Shown here piece by piece: positions 49,140-58,322 of a stretch of DNA of 58,322 nt. The stretch's first letter is position 1, and each line of letters begins with the position of its first letter. The stretch lies in NCBI GenBank assembly GCA_945877135.1, contig CAMCQY010000006.1:1-58322 (forward strand), read 5' to 3'. This DNA comes from Candidatus Kuenenia stuttgartensis. Its GTDB lineage: Bacteria > Planctomycetota > Planctomycetia > Pirellulales > UBA1268. The notes beneath the pieces were generated by a model. The model searched no databases and was not told the DNA's origin. It was given only the letters and a program-made list of their open reading frames with translations. The position numbers were made by a program, and so were the translations under genes.

Positions 49140-50264
49140 TCATCCGCAAGAGGCGAGGATCCTGGACAGTTGGGTCGACCTTTCGGCTGCGGTAGCCTGC
49201 AGTTCGTGGGTCTGATCGGCCTGGCGGCCGAGTGAGGGCTCGGCTTCGCCTTCGATCAGGAGCAGGCGACATTCCGCCTTTCGCTCGAACCGACCACGGC
49301 CGGGCCGCAGTACGATCTCCACTTCGCAGGGTTCGCCCGCCGCCGCCTGTGGCGCGTCTGCCAGCAGGGCGAGAACCTCGCGGCCCAGCGGTGTGTCGGG
49401 TGCATCGGCCGGGAGTCCCCAAAGAACCTCGTGGGCCGCACGGTCCAGCAGTCCGTGCCGGCAGCGCTTGAGTCGCCCGCGGCGGAGAAAGTAGGCAACG
49501 TTCACGCCGTCCCGCCAGCGGGGTGTGGCCGACGTGTCTACCGGGTGCCAGACGTGCAGCGACCAGGTGCGGTCGAGGATCGACTCCAGCCGCACGCCCG
49601 CGGCACGGAGTCGCAGGCCGAGATCGTCGTCCTCCTGACCCCAGCCCACGAACCGTTCGTCGCAGCCGTTCACTCCCTCGAAGTCGCGCCGCCACATGCC
49701 GCAGTTGCCGCCCGCGAGCCGTGGCTTCGACGGGTGACGGATTGCCGCATGCCACCAGGCCTTGCGGAAGCGTTGTGTCAGCAGCCGACGTTCGGAGGCG
49801 GGAGCGAGCGCCGGCAGGTCGGTCGCGGCGATGGTGGCCGTGTCGAGTCGTGCGCTCGTGTCTTCTGGGAGTCGGGCGCAATAACCGAGCAGAGCGCGGC
49901 CCGGGCGGCGACGTTCGAGGTAGGCGGCCACGTGATCGCGGGGGAGGATGCAATCGCCATCGAGAAAGAGCAGGTAGTCGCTCTCGGTGAGGCGGGCACC
50001 GGCGTTGCGGGTGCGGGCGAGGCGGAAGCCGTCGTGGGGCTGCGACGTGAACCGCACAGGAAAGCGGGCCTGAGCGGCGAAGTCGTGGACGAGCGCGGCC
50101 GTGCCGTCGGTCGAGCCATCGTCGCTGATGATCACCTCGAATCGACCATCGACGCCGGTCTGGGCCGCGATCGACGCGAGCACGAGCGCGAGGTGACGGG
50201 GCTTCTGAAACGTGTTGACGATCAACGCGACGTCGCGGGCCGACTGGGCGGGCTCCTCGTTCAT
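49140..50264 (-). CDS. Glycosyltransferase family 2
   Basis: ISDDGS, FLDGDC and GWGQEDDDL; start MNEE overlaps the lpxK stop. Confidence 0.88.
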   Translation of the reverse strand: MNEEPAQSARDVALIVNTFQKPRHLALVLASIAAQTGVDGRFEVIISDDGSTDGTAALVHDFAAQARFPVRFTSQPHDGFRLARTRNAGARLTESDYLLFLDGDCILPRDHVAAYLERRRPGRALLGYCARLPEDTSARLDTATIAATDLPALAPASERRLLTQRFRKAWWHAAIRHPSKPRLAGGNCGMWRRDFEGVNGCDERFVGWGQEDDDLGLRLRAAGVRLESILDRTWSLHVWHPVDTSATPRWRDGVNVAYFLRRGRLKRCRHGLLDRAAHEVLWGLPADAPDTPLGREVLALLADAPQAAAGEPCEVEIVLRPGRGRFERKAECRLLLIEGEAEPSLGRQADQTHELQATAAERSTQLSRILASCG

Positions 50265-51361
50265 GGGTGAACCATCCTTCCTGCGGCACGGGTCACGACC
50301 GGCTCCAGCAGCGCGTCGAGGCGGGCCGAGGAGTCGCCTCCCGGGATGATCTCCAAGGCGATTTCCAACGCCAAGAGCGGGATCTCTCCCAGCCGGTTGG
50401 TGCGCACCTTGACCAGATCCTTGAGCGTGGTCACGACCAGATCGGCATGCAGTTCGGTCGCCCAGTCGCGGATCGCAGCGAGATCGGCGGCCGTGTAGGC
50501 GTGGTGATCGGGGAAGGGTCGGAAGCCCGCGAGCGTGGTGCCGACGTTTGCCAGCGACGTGCGGAATGCCGCCGGGTTGCCGATTCCCGCGAAGGCGACG
50601 ACCCGTGCACCCGCAAGGCATTCGAGCGGCTGCGTGTCGGAGGTCGCTGATCGCAGTTGCACAGGTCGGTGCGTTGCCTCCAGCCAGGCAGACGGCAGGG
50701 CACCCTGGCAGGCCTTGGTGAGAACGCGGCGAATCTCGCTGCGACGCTGGGCATCGACCGCCCCTGCTCGCGTCAGCACCACGGCGTGGCCGCGGGCGAG
50801 TCCGGAGAGCGACTCCCGCAGTAGGCCGCGGGGAAAGAGATGGCTGCAACCGAATGGATCGGTGGCATCGACGGCGACGATGTCGAGGTCGCGGGCGAGA
50901 CGACGGTGCTGGAAGCCATCGTCGAGCAACGCCACTTCCGCTCCCAAGGCTGCGGCGGCGCGGACTCCAGCAATGCGGTCGCGGTTGGCCACATGGGGCA
51001 CGTCTGGCAGCAGGATGGCCAGTTCGGCCGCCTCGTCGCTCCGTTCCCCACGGGCGGCCCCATAGCCACGGCTCACGATGGCAGGGCGCACGCCGTGGGC
51101 GGCCACCGCACGGGCCAGCCAGGCCACCAGTGGCGTCTTCCCAGTGCCACCGAGCGTCAGGTTGCCGACCGAAATGACTGGAATCGGCCCCTTGGTGATT
51201 GGTAGCAGGCCGTGATCGTAGGCCGCATTGCGGCAGCCGATCACCAGGCCGTAGGGGGCTGAAAGTCCGGCCAGGGCGAGCCGTGCCAACGTCGGCCCCG
51301 CACCGCTGGCCGTGCCGTCCACCAGACGCTTGAAAGCTTCGGCGTCGGGAAGCAGGGTCAT
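50261..51361 (-). CDS. lpxK: Tetraacyldisaccharide 4'-kinase
   Basis: ISVGNLTLGGTGKTP, SRGYG, LDDGFQH, FPDHH and TLKDLVK. Confidence 0.94.
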   Translation of the reverse strand: MTLLPDAEAFKRLVDGTASGAGPTLARLALAGLSAPYGLVIGCRNAAYDHGLLPITKGPIPVISVGNLTLGGTGKTPLVAWLARAVAAHGVRPAIVSRGYGAARGERSDEAAELAILLPDVPHVANRDRIAGVRAAAALGAEVALLDDGFQHRRLARDLDIVAVDATDPFGCSHLFPRGLLRESLSGLARGHAVVLTRAGAVDAQRRSEIRRVLTKACQGALPSAWLEATHRPVQLRSATSDTQPLECLAGARVVAFAGIGNPAAFRTSLANVGTTLAGFRPFPDHHAYTAADLAAIRDWATELHADLVVTTLKDLVKVRTNRLGEIPLLALEIALEIIPGGDSSARLDALLEPVVTRAAGRMVHP

Positions 51362-51488
51362 TTTTCGGGAGTCCTTTGCCGGCAGGGCTGCCGTCTCAAG
51401 ACGCAGCGAAGCCTACCTTAGGCGGCTTTTCCGGCGGACGTCAACGCGGAGCGGGCGGATCGTCGCAGCTGCCGATATAATCGACAAT

Positions 51489-54400
51489 ATGGCCACGGCT
51501 TCCCAACCACCCTCCGAGCCGCTCGCCGTCAGCACGTGGGCAGACGACGGCCAGCCTGACTCCAAATCGGAGCGCTACCTGGCCCGGCGGCTGGCCGCGG
51601 CCAGTGCCGACTACAAGGGTGTCGCTCTCATCACGTTCTTGCTCGGAGCCGGCGTAGCCACGCTCGTCTGGGTAGCATGCGGCGTGGTGCTCGAACATTG
51701 GCTCGTGCCCGGCGGCCTCCCCCGTTGGGCGCGGTGGACGTGGCTCCTGACGGGGCTCGCGGCGATCGTGGCGGCGGGCGTCCGGTGGATTCTGCCGCTG
51801 ATGCGGTATCGCGTGAATCTTGTCTACGCGGCGCGGGTGATCGAGAAAGAACACCCTGAACTCCACAACGATCTCGTCAACACCGTGCTCGTCAAGGCGC
51901 ATCCGGAGGGCAATGCGGCCACGGTTGTGAAGTCGCTCGAGCGGCGGGCCGCCAAGCGGCTCTCGTCGGTGCCGGCGGAGTCGGTCATCGATCGGTCTCT
52001 GGCGGTGGGGCTGGCGTATGCGTTGGCTGCGCTCGTGGGGCTGGCCTGCGTCTACTCCCTGGTGGCGCCGAAGAGTCTGCTGACGACCACGGCCCGGCTG
52101 CTCGCGCCGTGGGCCCGCGTTGCCGCGCCGACGCGGGTGAGGCTCGAGCCACCGCGGCTGCGATGGCGCATGCCCGGCGAGGACGCAGCCCCACTCGGGC
52201 CCGGCGTTGGCGCGGACGCGGCGACTGCCGATGGCAACGATCCGCACGATTCCAGAAACATCAAGGTCGAAGCGGGCGGTGCCACGCTGGTACGGGGTCG
52301 GCAACTTGTGGTGACGACCGCGATCCACGGCTTGCGGCGCGACGAGCGACCGATCGTCACCGTGACGCCGGTGCTCGACAGCGGTGCCGTCGATGGGGCG
52401 GCCGTGCCATGGCGGGCGGATATGACACGGGTCGGCGGCGAGACTGGCACCGGGCAACGCTATGCCGCCGTGCTGCCCGACGCGGCGCGTGGACTCGATC
52501 AGTCAGTGACGTTCACAATCCAGGCGGGCGATGCGCGGAGCGAGCCGATCCGGGTGGCGATGGTCGATTCGCCAACGCTGATGGTGCGTGAGGTGCGGTA
52601 CGAGTTTCCGGCCTACATGCGGCGCGAGAGTGAGACGGTGGCTTGGCAGGGCGACCTGCGCGGTGTGGAAGGCACGCGTGTCGTGATCGTGGCGGAGAGC
52701 AATCAGCCGCTGGAATCGGCCTGGATCGATTTCGATTGCGACGGCAGTCGCGATCTCAAGCTCAAGGTCGGCGCGAGCGATCTGGCCCGGGCCACCGGCT
52801 CGTTCGTACTGCAGATGAATCCGGAACGCACGTCAGCCGAGCATGGGGCATACCGATTGCTCCTCCAGCCTCGCGGCACGGCCCTCGCCGATCGAGGGCA
52901 GGTGCAGGCCGAGAAGCTCGAACACCGGATTGAGGTGCAGGCAGACCTGGCACCCGAGATCTCGATCGAGGAGCCGCTGGAATCGCCGGCCCGTGTGCCG
53001 CCTGGGGCGCCGGTGACGGTGCGTGTGCGGGCGCTCGACCCCGACTTTGGCCTGGCCCGCGTCGGCCTCGAGACCCGGGTGAAGGGTGGGGCGGCACAGC
53101 CGGAGATCGTGCTGCCGGGCAGTGAGCGGAGTGGCGCATTCAACGGCAGTCTGCAACTCGTGCCAGAGCGGCTCGGGGCGGGGGGAGGAAGCACGCTCGA
53201 ATACCGTGGCGTGGCCGTGGATACGCGGCCCAGCCAGCCGAACGTGACGCATACGCCTTGGAAGCTGCTGCAGATCGATGCCTCAGCACCGCCGAGGCAG
53301 CCGGAAAAGGCGCCGCCGCGGTCGGGTGAGCAGAAGAAGCAGGGGGATGAAGAGCAGGAAAATGGCGAAGGCGAGTCTGGCAAGGCTTCTGACGATAGCC
53401 GCGGTGCATCGGGCGAGAACGGCGGGCAGGGATCATCGGATGGCCGCGAAGGCGGCAGGCAGGAAAAGGATCAGGGAAAGCAAGGAGAAGAAGGACCGCA
53501 ACAACAAGGACCGCAACAACAAGGACCGCAGGGAGAGCAGCGGGAGCAAGGCGGCCAGCAGCAGAAGCCGAAGGATGGCAAGGAATCGGGTGGAGCGCAG
53601 CAGCGCCAGCCGCAACAGGGCCAGCCACAACAGAACAGCGGCCAGCAGGGTGAAGCCCAGCCGGGGCAACAGGGCGGCGCCGCCAGTGGCAGTCAGCAGG
53701 GCGGCAAGCAGCCTCAGGCGGGAGAGAACAAGCAGCAGGGCTCCTCGCAGGGGCAGAGTGGAGAAGCCGGCGGAGCTGACGGCCCGGGAACTGGCCGCGG
53801 CACTGAGGGAAAGGGCGGCACAGGCGCACAGTCGGACGGCAAGCAGTCCGATGGAGAGAGCGGTGCGGGCGGCCAACAGGGGGGCAGGCAAAACGCTGCG
53901 CAAGACTCAGCGCAGCGGCCAGGCGGTGCGAAGTCAGGCAGTGATGCCGGAGGGGCCGGCGGTGCAGACGGCTCATCCCAAGGGAAGCAGACCGGCGACC
54001 AGCGCGGAATGGGCAACCAAAAAGGTGGGAGTCAAAAAGGCGGGAGTCAGCAGCCCCGCCCTGCGGTGGCTGCCGATGGGACCAATGACGGCGAGGCAAT
54101 GGAGAGGATTCTCGATCACCGCCGGCAGGCCGGCGACAACTCGTCCGATGGAATGAAGGCGGGGAAGACAAAGCCTGACGGCGACGGTGCAGGTGAAAGC
54201 GGCCGCGGAAGCGACGGCAAAGCCGGTGAAAACTCGTCGAACGAGGGGAAGTCTGCCGGCCAAAACCCAGCGAACAAGCCGGGTGAGGGCAACCCTCGTG
54301 ATGGCGCTTCGGCTGATGGTGAGTCGCAGCCGGGAGCGGGTGGCGAGAAGAGTGGCAAGAGCCAGGGAGACAAGGGTCAACAGGGACAGGGTCAACAGGG

Positions 54401-55295
54401 ACAGGGTCAACAGGGACAGGGTCAGCAGGGACAGGGTCAGCAGGGACAGGGTCAGCAGGGACAGGGTCAGCAGGGACAGGGTCAGCAGGGACAGGGTCAG
54501 CAGGGACAGGGTCAGCAGGGACAGGGTCAACAGGGACAGGGTCAGCAGGGACAGGGTCAACAGGGACAGGGTCAACAGGGACAGGGTCAGCAGGGACAGG
54601 GCGATGCGGCCGGCCCGAATGCAGAGGAGAGCGGTTCGAAAAAAAGCGGGAATCCGGCGACTGGTCCGGCGGGTGAGGGAGCAGCGCAGCCGCAGGGTGA
54701 CCCTCAGCAAGAGGGTGAAGCTGGTGGTAAGCCGAGCGGCCAGCCAGCGGCGGGGCCACCGCCTGAGGGAGCGAGCCAGTCGAGCCCGGTGGGTGGTGGC
54801 GGATGGTCGGAAGGAGCAGGGACACCGACGGGTGGAGCAGCCGCTCAGGGACCACCGCCTTCTCGCGAAACGGAATGGGGTTCACAGGAGCTTGAGAACG
54901 CCCGCAACGCGGCCGACCTCGCCCTCGAACACCTGCGCACCACGGTCGATTCGGGTCGAACCGATGTGCTCGACGAACTTGGCTGGACTCGCGACCAGGC
55001 GCGTGCGTTTCTCGACCGCTGGGAATCGATGCGGCGGCAGTCGGAAAGCCCCGATCTCCAGAAACGCGGGGAGTTTGAGCGGGTGCTCCGCAGCCTCGGC
55101 CTCCGGCCCGCTGGCGTGCAGAGTTCCCGCGAAGTTCCCGCCGACGCGAAGGGCGGCCAGGCGGAGGGCCGCCGCAGTCGGCCCCCGAGCGACTACCGCG
55201 AACGGTTCAAGGCGTTCCTTCAGGGGACGAGTGGCGAACAGGACGGCGGTTCCAGACAAGATGACCGTTCCAAGCCGGGCAATGGTGGCGAATAA
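51489..55295 (+). CDS. Large membrane-anchored protein with beta-rich domains and a Gly/Gln-rich disordered tail (DUF4175-like architecture)
   Basis: N-terminal TM helices, HPELHNDLVN, YEFPAYM, long G/Q/S/E region and C-terminal PPSDYRERFKAF. Confidence 0.8.
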   Translation: MATASQPPSEPLAVSTWADDGQPDSKSERYLARRLAAASADYKGVALITFLLGAGVATLVWVACGVVLEHWLVPGGLPRWARWTWLLTGLAAIVAAGVRWILPLMRYRVNLVYAARVIEKEHPELHNDLVNTVLVKAHPEGNAATVVKSLERRAAKRLSSVPAESVIDRSLAVGLAYALAALVGLACVYSLVAPKSLLTTTARLLAPWARVAAPTRVRLEPPRLRWRMPGEDAAPLGPGVGADAATADGNDPHDSRNIKVEAGGATLVRGRQLVVTTAIHGLRRDERPIVTVTPVLDSGAVDGAAVPWRADMTRVGGETGTGQRYAAVLPDAARGLDQSVTFTIQAGDARSEPIRVAMVDSPTLMVREVRYEFPAYMRRESETVAWQGDLRGVEGTRVVIVAESNQPLESAWIDFDCDGSRDLKLKVGASDLARATGSFVLQMNPERTSAEHGAYRLLLQPRGTALADRGQVQAEKLEHRIEVQADLAPEISIEEPLESPARVPPGAPVTVRVRALDPDFGLARVGLETRVKGGAAQPEIVLPGSERSGAFNGSLQLVPERLGAGGGSTLEYRGVAVDTRPSQPNVTHTPWKLLQIDASAPPRQPEKAPPRSGEQKKQGDEEQENGEGESGKASDDSRGASGENGGQGSSDGREGGRQEKDQGKQGEEGPQQQGPQQQGPQGEQREQGGQQQKPKDGKESGGAQQRQPQQGQPQQNSGQQGEAQPGQQGGAASGSQQGGKQPQAGENKQQGSSQGQSGEAGGADGPGTGRGTEGKGGTGAQSDGKQSDGESGAGGQQGGRQNAAQDSAQRPGGAKSGSDAGGAGGADGSSQGKQTGDQRGMGNQKGGSQKGGSQQPRPAVAADGTNDGEAMERILDHRRQAGDNSSDGMKAGKTKPDGDGAGESGRGSDGKAGENSSNEGKSAGQNPANKPGEGNPRDGASADGESQPGAGGEKSGKSQGDKGQQGQGQQGQGQQGQGQQGQGQQGQGQQGQGQQGQGQQGQGQQGQGQQGQGQQGQGQQGQGQQGQGQQGQGQQGQGDAAGPNAEESGSKKSGNPATGPAGEGAAQPQGDPQQEGEAGGKPSGQPAAGPPPEGASQSSPVGGGGWSEGAGTPTGGAAAQGPPPSRETEWGSQELENARNAADLALEHLRTTVDSGRTDVLDELGWTRDQARAFLDRWESMRRQSESPDLQKRGEFERVLRSLGLRPAGVQSSREVPADAKGGQAEGRRSRPPSDYRERFKAFLQGTSGEQDGGSRQDDRSKPGNGGE
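54375..54599 (+). repeat. 15 x 15-bp tandem repeat encoding (GQQGQ)15
   Basis: GGTCA(A/G)CAGGGACAG repeated 15 times. Confidence 0.95.
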
Positions 55296-57016
55296 TGCAG
55301 TCGAGCCATCATGGCCAGATCTTCGAAGGTCCGCGTTACCTGGCGGCGTTTGGTCCCAAGCGGGTGCCACACTGCTTCACCGATGTGCTCATTCTGGGCG
55401 GTGGATTGGCCGGATTGCGGGCCGCGTTGGCCGTCGATCCGCGGCTGTCGGTGACGGTGGTCACGAAGGATGACCTGCAGAGTTCGTCAAGCCAGTGGGC
55501 GCAGGGGGGCATCGCCAGCGTCGTCGATCCGGAAGACCGCTTCGACAATCATGTTGCCGACACGCTCACCGCCGGTGGCGGGCTCTGTCATGAGGATGTG
55601 GTCGATTCCGTCGTTCGCGAGGCTCCGGCGAGGATCGCCGAACTGATCGCCTGGGGCACGCGATTCGACTCGCACAATGGCAGCCTGGAACTGGGCCGCG
55701 AGGGAGGCCACAGCCATCATCGCATCGTGCACGCCCTCGGCGACGCCACCGGCCGCGAGGTGATGCGGGCGGTGATCGAGCGGGCGCGGGAGTTGGAGAA
55801 TCTCGAGGTCTGGCCCGAGACATTCACGATCGATCTCGTCACCCACGAGGGGGCATGCCGCGGCGCGCTCGTTTGGAATCCATCGCACGGCAAGACGCTC
55901 GTCTGGGCCCGCCGCACGATTCTCGCCACGGGCGGCGCCGGACAACTCTACCGGGAATCGACCAATCCACCGGGGGCGAGCGGCGATGGCATGGCGCTCG
56001 CCTGGCGGGCCGGCGCGGAACTGCGTGACATGGAGTTCATGCAGTTCCATCCCACGGTGCTCTACATCGCTGGCGGTGCCCGCAGCCTGATCACCGAGGC
56101 GGTCCGCGGCGCGGGCGCGTGGCTGGTCGATCGAGACGGTCGCCGGTTCATGCCCGACTTCGACCCGCGGGCGGAGCTTGCACCGCGGGACGTCGTTGCC
56201 CGGGCGATCACGGTCGTCATGCACCGCACGCATCAGGCCAACGTCTTTCTTGACCTCTCTCACCTCGATCCGCAGATGGTGCGGCGGCGGTTTCCCGGCA
56301 TGGCCGAGATCTGCGGGAAGTTTGGGCTCGATCTGACGCGGGATCGGATCCCGGTGAGGCCCGGTGCCCACTACATGATCGGCGGTGTGACCGTCGATGC
56401 CCACGGCCGTACAACCATTCCCGGCTTGTTCGCGGCTGGTGAGGTGACGTCCAGTGGCCTGCACGGGGCCAACCGGCTGGCGAGCAACAGCCTCCTCGAA
56501 GGGCTGGTGTACGGTGCCCGGGCGGGCGAGGCAGCCAGCGCCGAGATCCTTGGGACGGCCGGTGGCACGGCTGGAGACGGACATGAGTTCCGCGTGCCTG
56601 CCCTGGCCAATCCGCGGGCGGTCGATGGGCACGGGCAGACCGCCGAGACCAACGGGGCGCTCGACCTCGCCGACATCCGCAATTCACTGCGGGCGCTGAT
56701 GTGGCGGCATGTCGGGGTGGAGCGGACCGGAGACTCCCTCGCCGAGGCGCTCGAGACGGTCGAGGGATGGTGCCGCTACGTGCTGCCCCGTCAGTTTGCC
56801 GAGCCGCAGGGCTGGCAGCTGCAGAACATGCTCGAGGTGGCGAGGCTGATGATCCGGGGTGCGATCGAGCGGCGCGAGACCCGCGGTGTGCACTTTCGCA
56901 ATGATTTTCCCGAGGCGAGTGCGGATTGGCGGGCGCACATCGGCTGGCAGCGTGGCCGGTCGCAGCCACTGGTCGATGCCCTCCAGGCCGTGGCTTCAGT
57001 GGCTGAGCAGGGCTGA
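55295..57016 (+). CDS. nadB: L-aspartate oxidase
   Basis: GGGLAG, WAQGGIA, REGGHS, QFHPT, AHYMIGG and GLHGANRLASNSLLEG; TAATG overlap with the upstream gene. Confidence 0.95.
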   Translation: MQSSHHGQIFEGPRYLAAFGPKRVPHCFTDVLILGGGLAGLRAALAVDPRLSVTVVTKDDLQSSSSQWAQGGIASVVDPEDRFDNHVADTLTAGGGLCHEDVVDSVVREAPARIAELIAWGTRFDSHNGSLELGREGGHSHHRIVHALGDATGREVMRAVIERARELENLEVWPETFTIDLVTHEGACRGALVWNPSHGKTLVWARRTILATGGAGQLYRESTNPPGASGDGMALAWRAGAELRDMEFMQFHPTVLYIAGGARSLITEAVRGAGAWLVDRDGRRFMPDFDPRAELAPRDVVARAITVVMHRTHQANVFLDLSHLDPQMVRRRFPGMAEICGKFGLDLTRDRIPVRPGAHYMIGGVTVDAHGRTTIPGLFAAGEVTSSGLHGANRLASNSLLEGLVYGARAGEAASAEILGTAGGTAGDGHEFRVPALANPRAVDGHGQTAETNGALDLADIRNSLRALMWRHVGVERTGDSLAEALETVEGWCRYVLPRQFAEPQGWQLQNMLEVARLMIRGAIERRETRGVHFRNDFPEASADWRAHIGWQRGRSQPLVDALQAVASVAEQG

Positions 57017-57083
57017 GAAGAAACCTCTGGCCTGACGCATCGTCGGGCCGCGCCGGATGTGCCGCTTTCGCGACATCCCGGTC

Positions 57084-58019
57084 TCACTTCCCAACGGGCT
57101 GGCCTGCCAGTCGTTGGGTGACCGCCTCGTGGAAAAACCCTACCGCATTTGCCGCCTGCCAGAGCAGGATGGCGGAGGTTATCTGCGCCCGTCGTCCGAG
57201 CCCGCGATGCAGCCGCAGATGCCGCGGCAGTTGCCTCATCAGGTTGCTGTGAAAGCTCATGTCATCCTGCATGGTGCCTGACCCCCGCAGCCGCCGCTTG
57301 GCCTGGTAGACATAGGCACCGCGGCCGTAGCGGTAGTGGAGTTCGAGAAACCGCCTCAGATTCTGGGCGTGGCGATGTTCGATCGTGGCTGATGGCACCA
57401 GCCGCAGCGGCCGACCACTGGCCCGCCAGCGATCACAGAAGTCACGATCCTCGGCGCCTGCACGCGGAAACGAGGTGTCGAACCCGCCGAGTGCGGAGTA
57501 GTCACTACGGCTACAGAGCATGTTGTTGCTCGTCAGGAAGTAGGCGGCTTCATGATCACGATTGAAGTGCTCGTAGACGAGGTCGATGATCATCTGGCTG
57601 GTCGTTGCAAACACGTCGTCCGCAAGTCCATTGACGGTGATGCCGCCCACGAGTGCGCTGGGGCACTGCCGGTGGGCGGCGACGAGCGATTCCAGCCAGG
57701 TGGGCGAGGGCAGACAGTCGTCGTCGGTCAGGGCGATGAGGTCCCCACGGGACTCCTGCACGCCGCGGTTGCGGGCGGCTGCCGGACCGGCATTCTGCTG
57801 GCGGATGACGCGGACGGCGGGGCCGGCCGGGGCGGTGTCTGCGGGCGGCACGACCGGTTGAGGGCTGCCGTCATCGACCACGACCACCTCGAACGTGTCT
57901 GCAGCCATCGTCTGCCGGGCAAGCGCAGCCAAGCAATCACGCAGCCGCTCGGGGCGGGCGTAGGTGGGAATAACGATGCTGACGAGAGGGGGGGTCTTCG
58001 TGGTTGTCACCGAAATCAT
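57084..58019 (-). CDS. Glycosyltransferase family 2
   Basis: SIVIPTY, VVDDGS, GPAAARN, TDDDC and GGFD...AEDRD; start trimmed to MISV. Confidence 0.88.
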   Translation of the reverse strand: MISVTTTKTPPLVSIVIPTYARPERLRDCLAALARQTMAADTFEVVVVDDGSPQPVVPPADTAPAGPAVRVIRQQNAGPAAARNRGVQESRGDLIALTDDDCLPSPTWLESLVAAHRQCPSALVGGITVNGLADDVFATTSQMIIDLVYEHFNRDHEAAYFLTSNNMLCSRSDYSALGGFDTSFPRAGAEDRDFCDRWRASGRPLRLVPSATIEHRHAQNLRRFLELHYRYGRGAYVYQAKRRLRGSGTMQDDMSFHSNLMRQLPRHLRLHRGLGRRAQITSAILLWQAANAVGFFHEAVTQRLAGQPVGK

Positions 58020-58187
58020 GATACATGGTTGTCCGTTGTCGATCTCTTCGAAGGAAAAGTGGCGGCTGACCGCGTGCGGCGGCCACGGCAACGGCTGTCG
58101 ACCCGGTCGCAAGTCCGTATGCTGTTGGTTTCGAGGGGTGGCCGACTCCAGCGCCGCCCCGCGTCCCACACGACGGAATTCTTCCGC

Positions 58188-58322
58188 ATGAAGATCACGA
58201 AGCTCACGACCTCCATCGTTCCGCCCCGCTGGTGCTTCCTGAAGATCGAGACCGACGAAGGCATCGTCGGCTGGGGTGAGCCCGTGCTCGAAGGCCGCGC
58301 CCACACGGTGGCGGCGGCGGTC
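58188..58322 (+). CDS. dgoD: Galactonate dehydratase, N-terminal fragment (runs off the window)
   Basis: Translated manually: [45 protein letters not shown]. Confidence 0.88.
   Translation, partial: MKITKLTTSIVPPRWCFLKIETDEGIVGWGEPVLEGRAHTVAAAV

Noticed and set aside
54187-55473. Alternative-frame repeat ORFs ((RDRVS)n, (LLTLS)n, (DPVPA)n)
   Set aside because: Other frames of the 15-bp VNTR; the GQQGQ frame is continuous with the long gene.

Overview
High-GC (visibly ~65-70%) window from a Planctomycetota genome, probably Planctomycetia/Pirellulales. The assignment rests on two DUF1559 prepilin-type genes, a DUF1592/DUF1552 pair, a PVC-type heme-binding protein, fhcBA and lpxK. The left part (1-24 kb) is accessory: a 14-aa-repeat coiled-coil protein, a GT4, fhcB-fhcA coupled to a DUF1080 gene, and a block of exported c-type cytochrome, PA14, DUF1080, beta-propeller, Gfo/Idh/MocA and sulfatase genes. 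The right part is mostly housekeeping (scpA, hemW, dgt, rplM, rpsI, proB, purF, trmB, fabZ, rpmG, lpxK, nadB, start of dgoD) interspersed with uncharacterised envelope proteins. No rRNA, tRNA, CRISPR array, integrase or transposase was seen. The top candidate for novelty is a ~131-nt intergenic element present twice. It shows compensatory base changes, a minus-strand G-U bias and two CAGGAUG/CAUGGAUG hairpin loops per copy, resembling CsrA/RsmA binding sites. Other highlights are two REP-like families, a Fur-like box between a DUF1559 gene and a His-rich ABC operon, a secreted protein with thioester-domain-like motifs, a bL37-like 32-aa ribosomal protein, and an FhcB that keeps its Fe-S cysteines but lacks the Mo/W ligand. 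All family calls come from motif recognition by eye; no searches were run.
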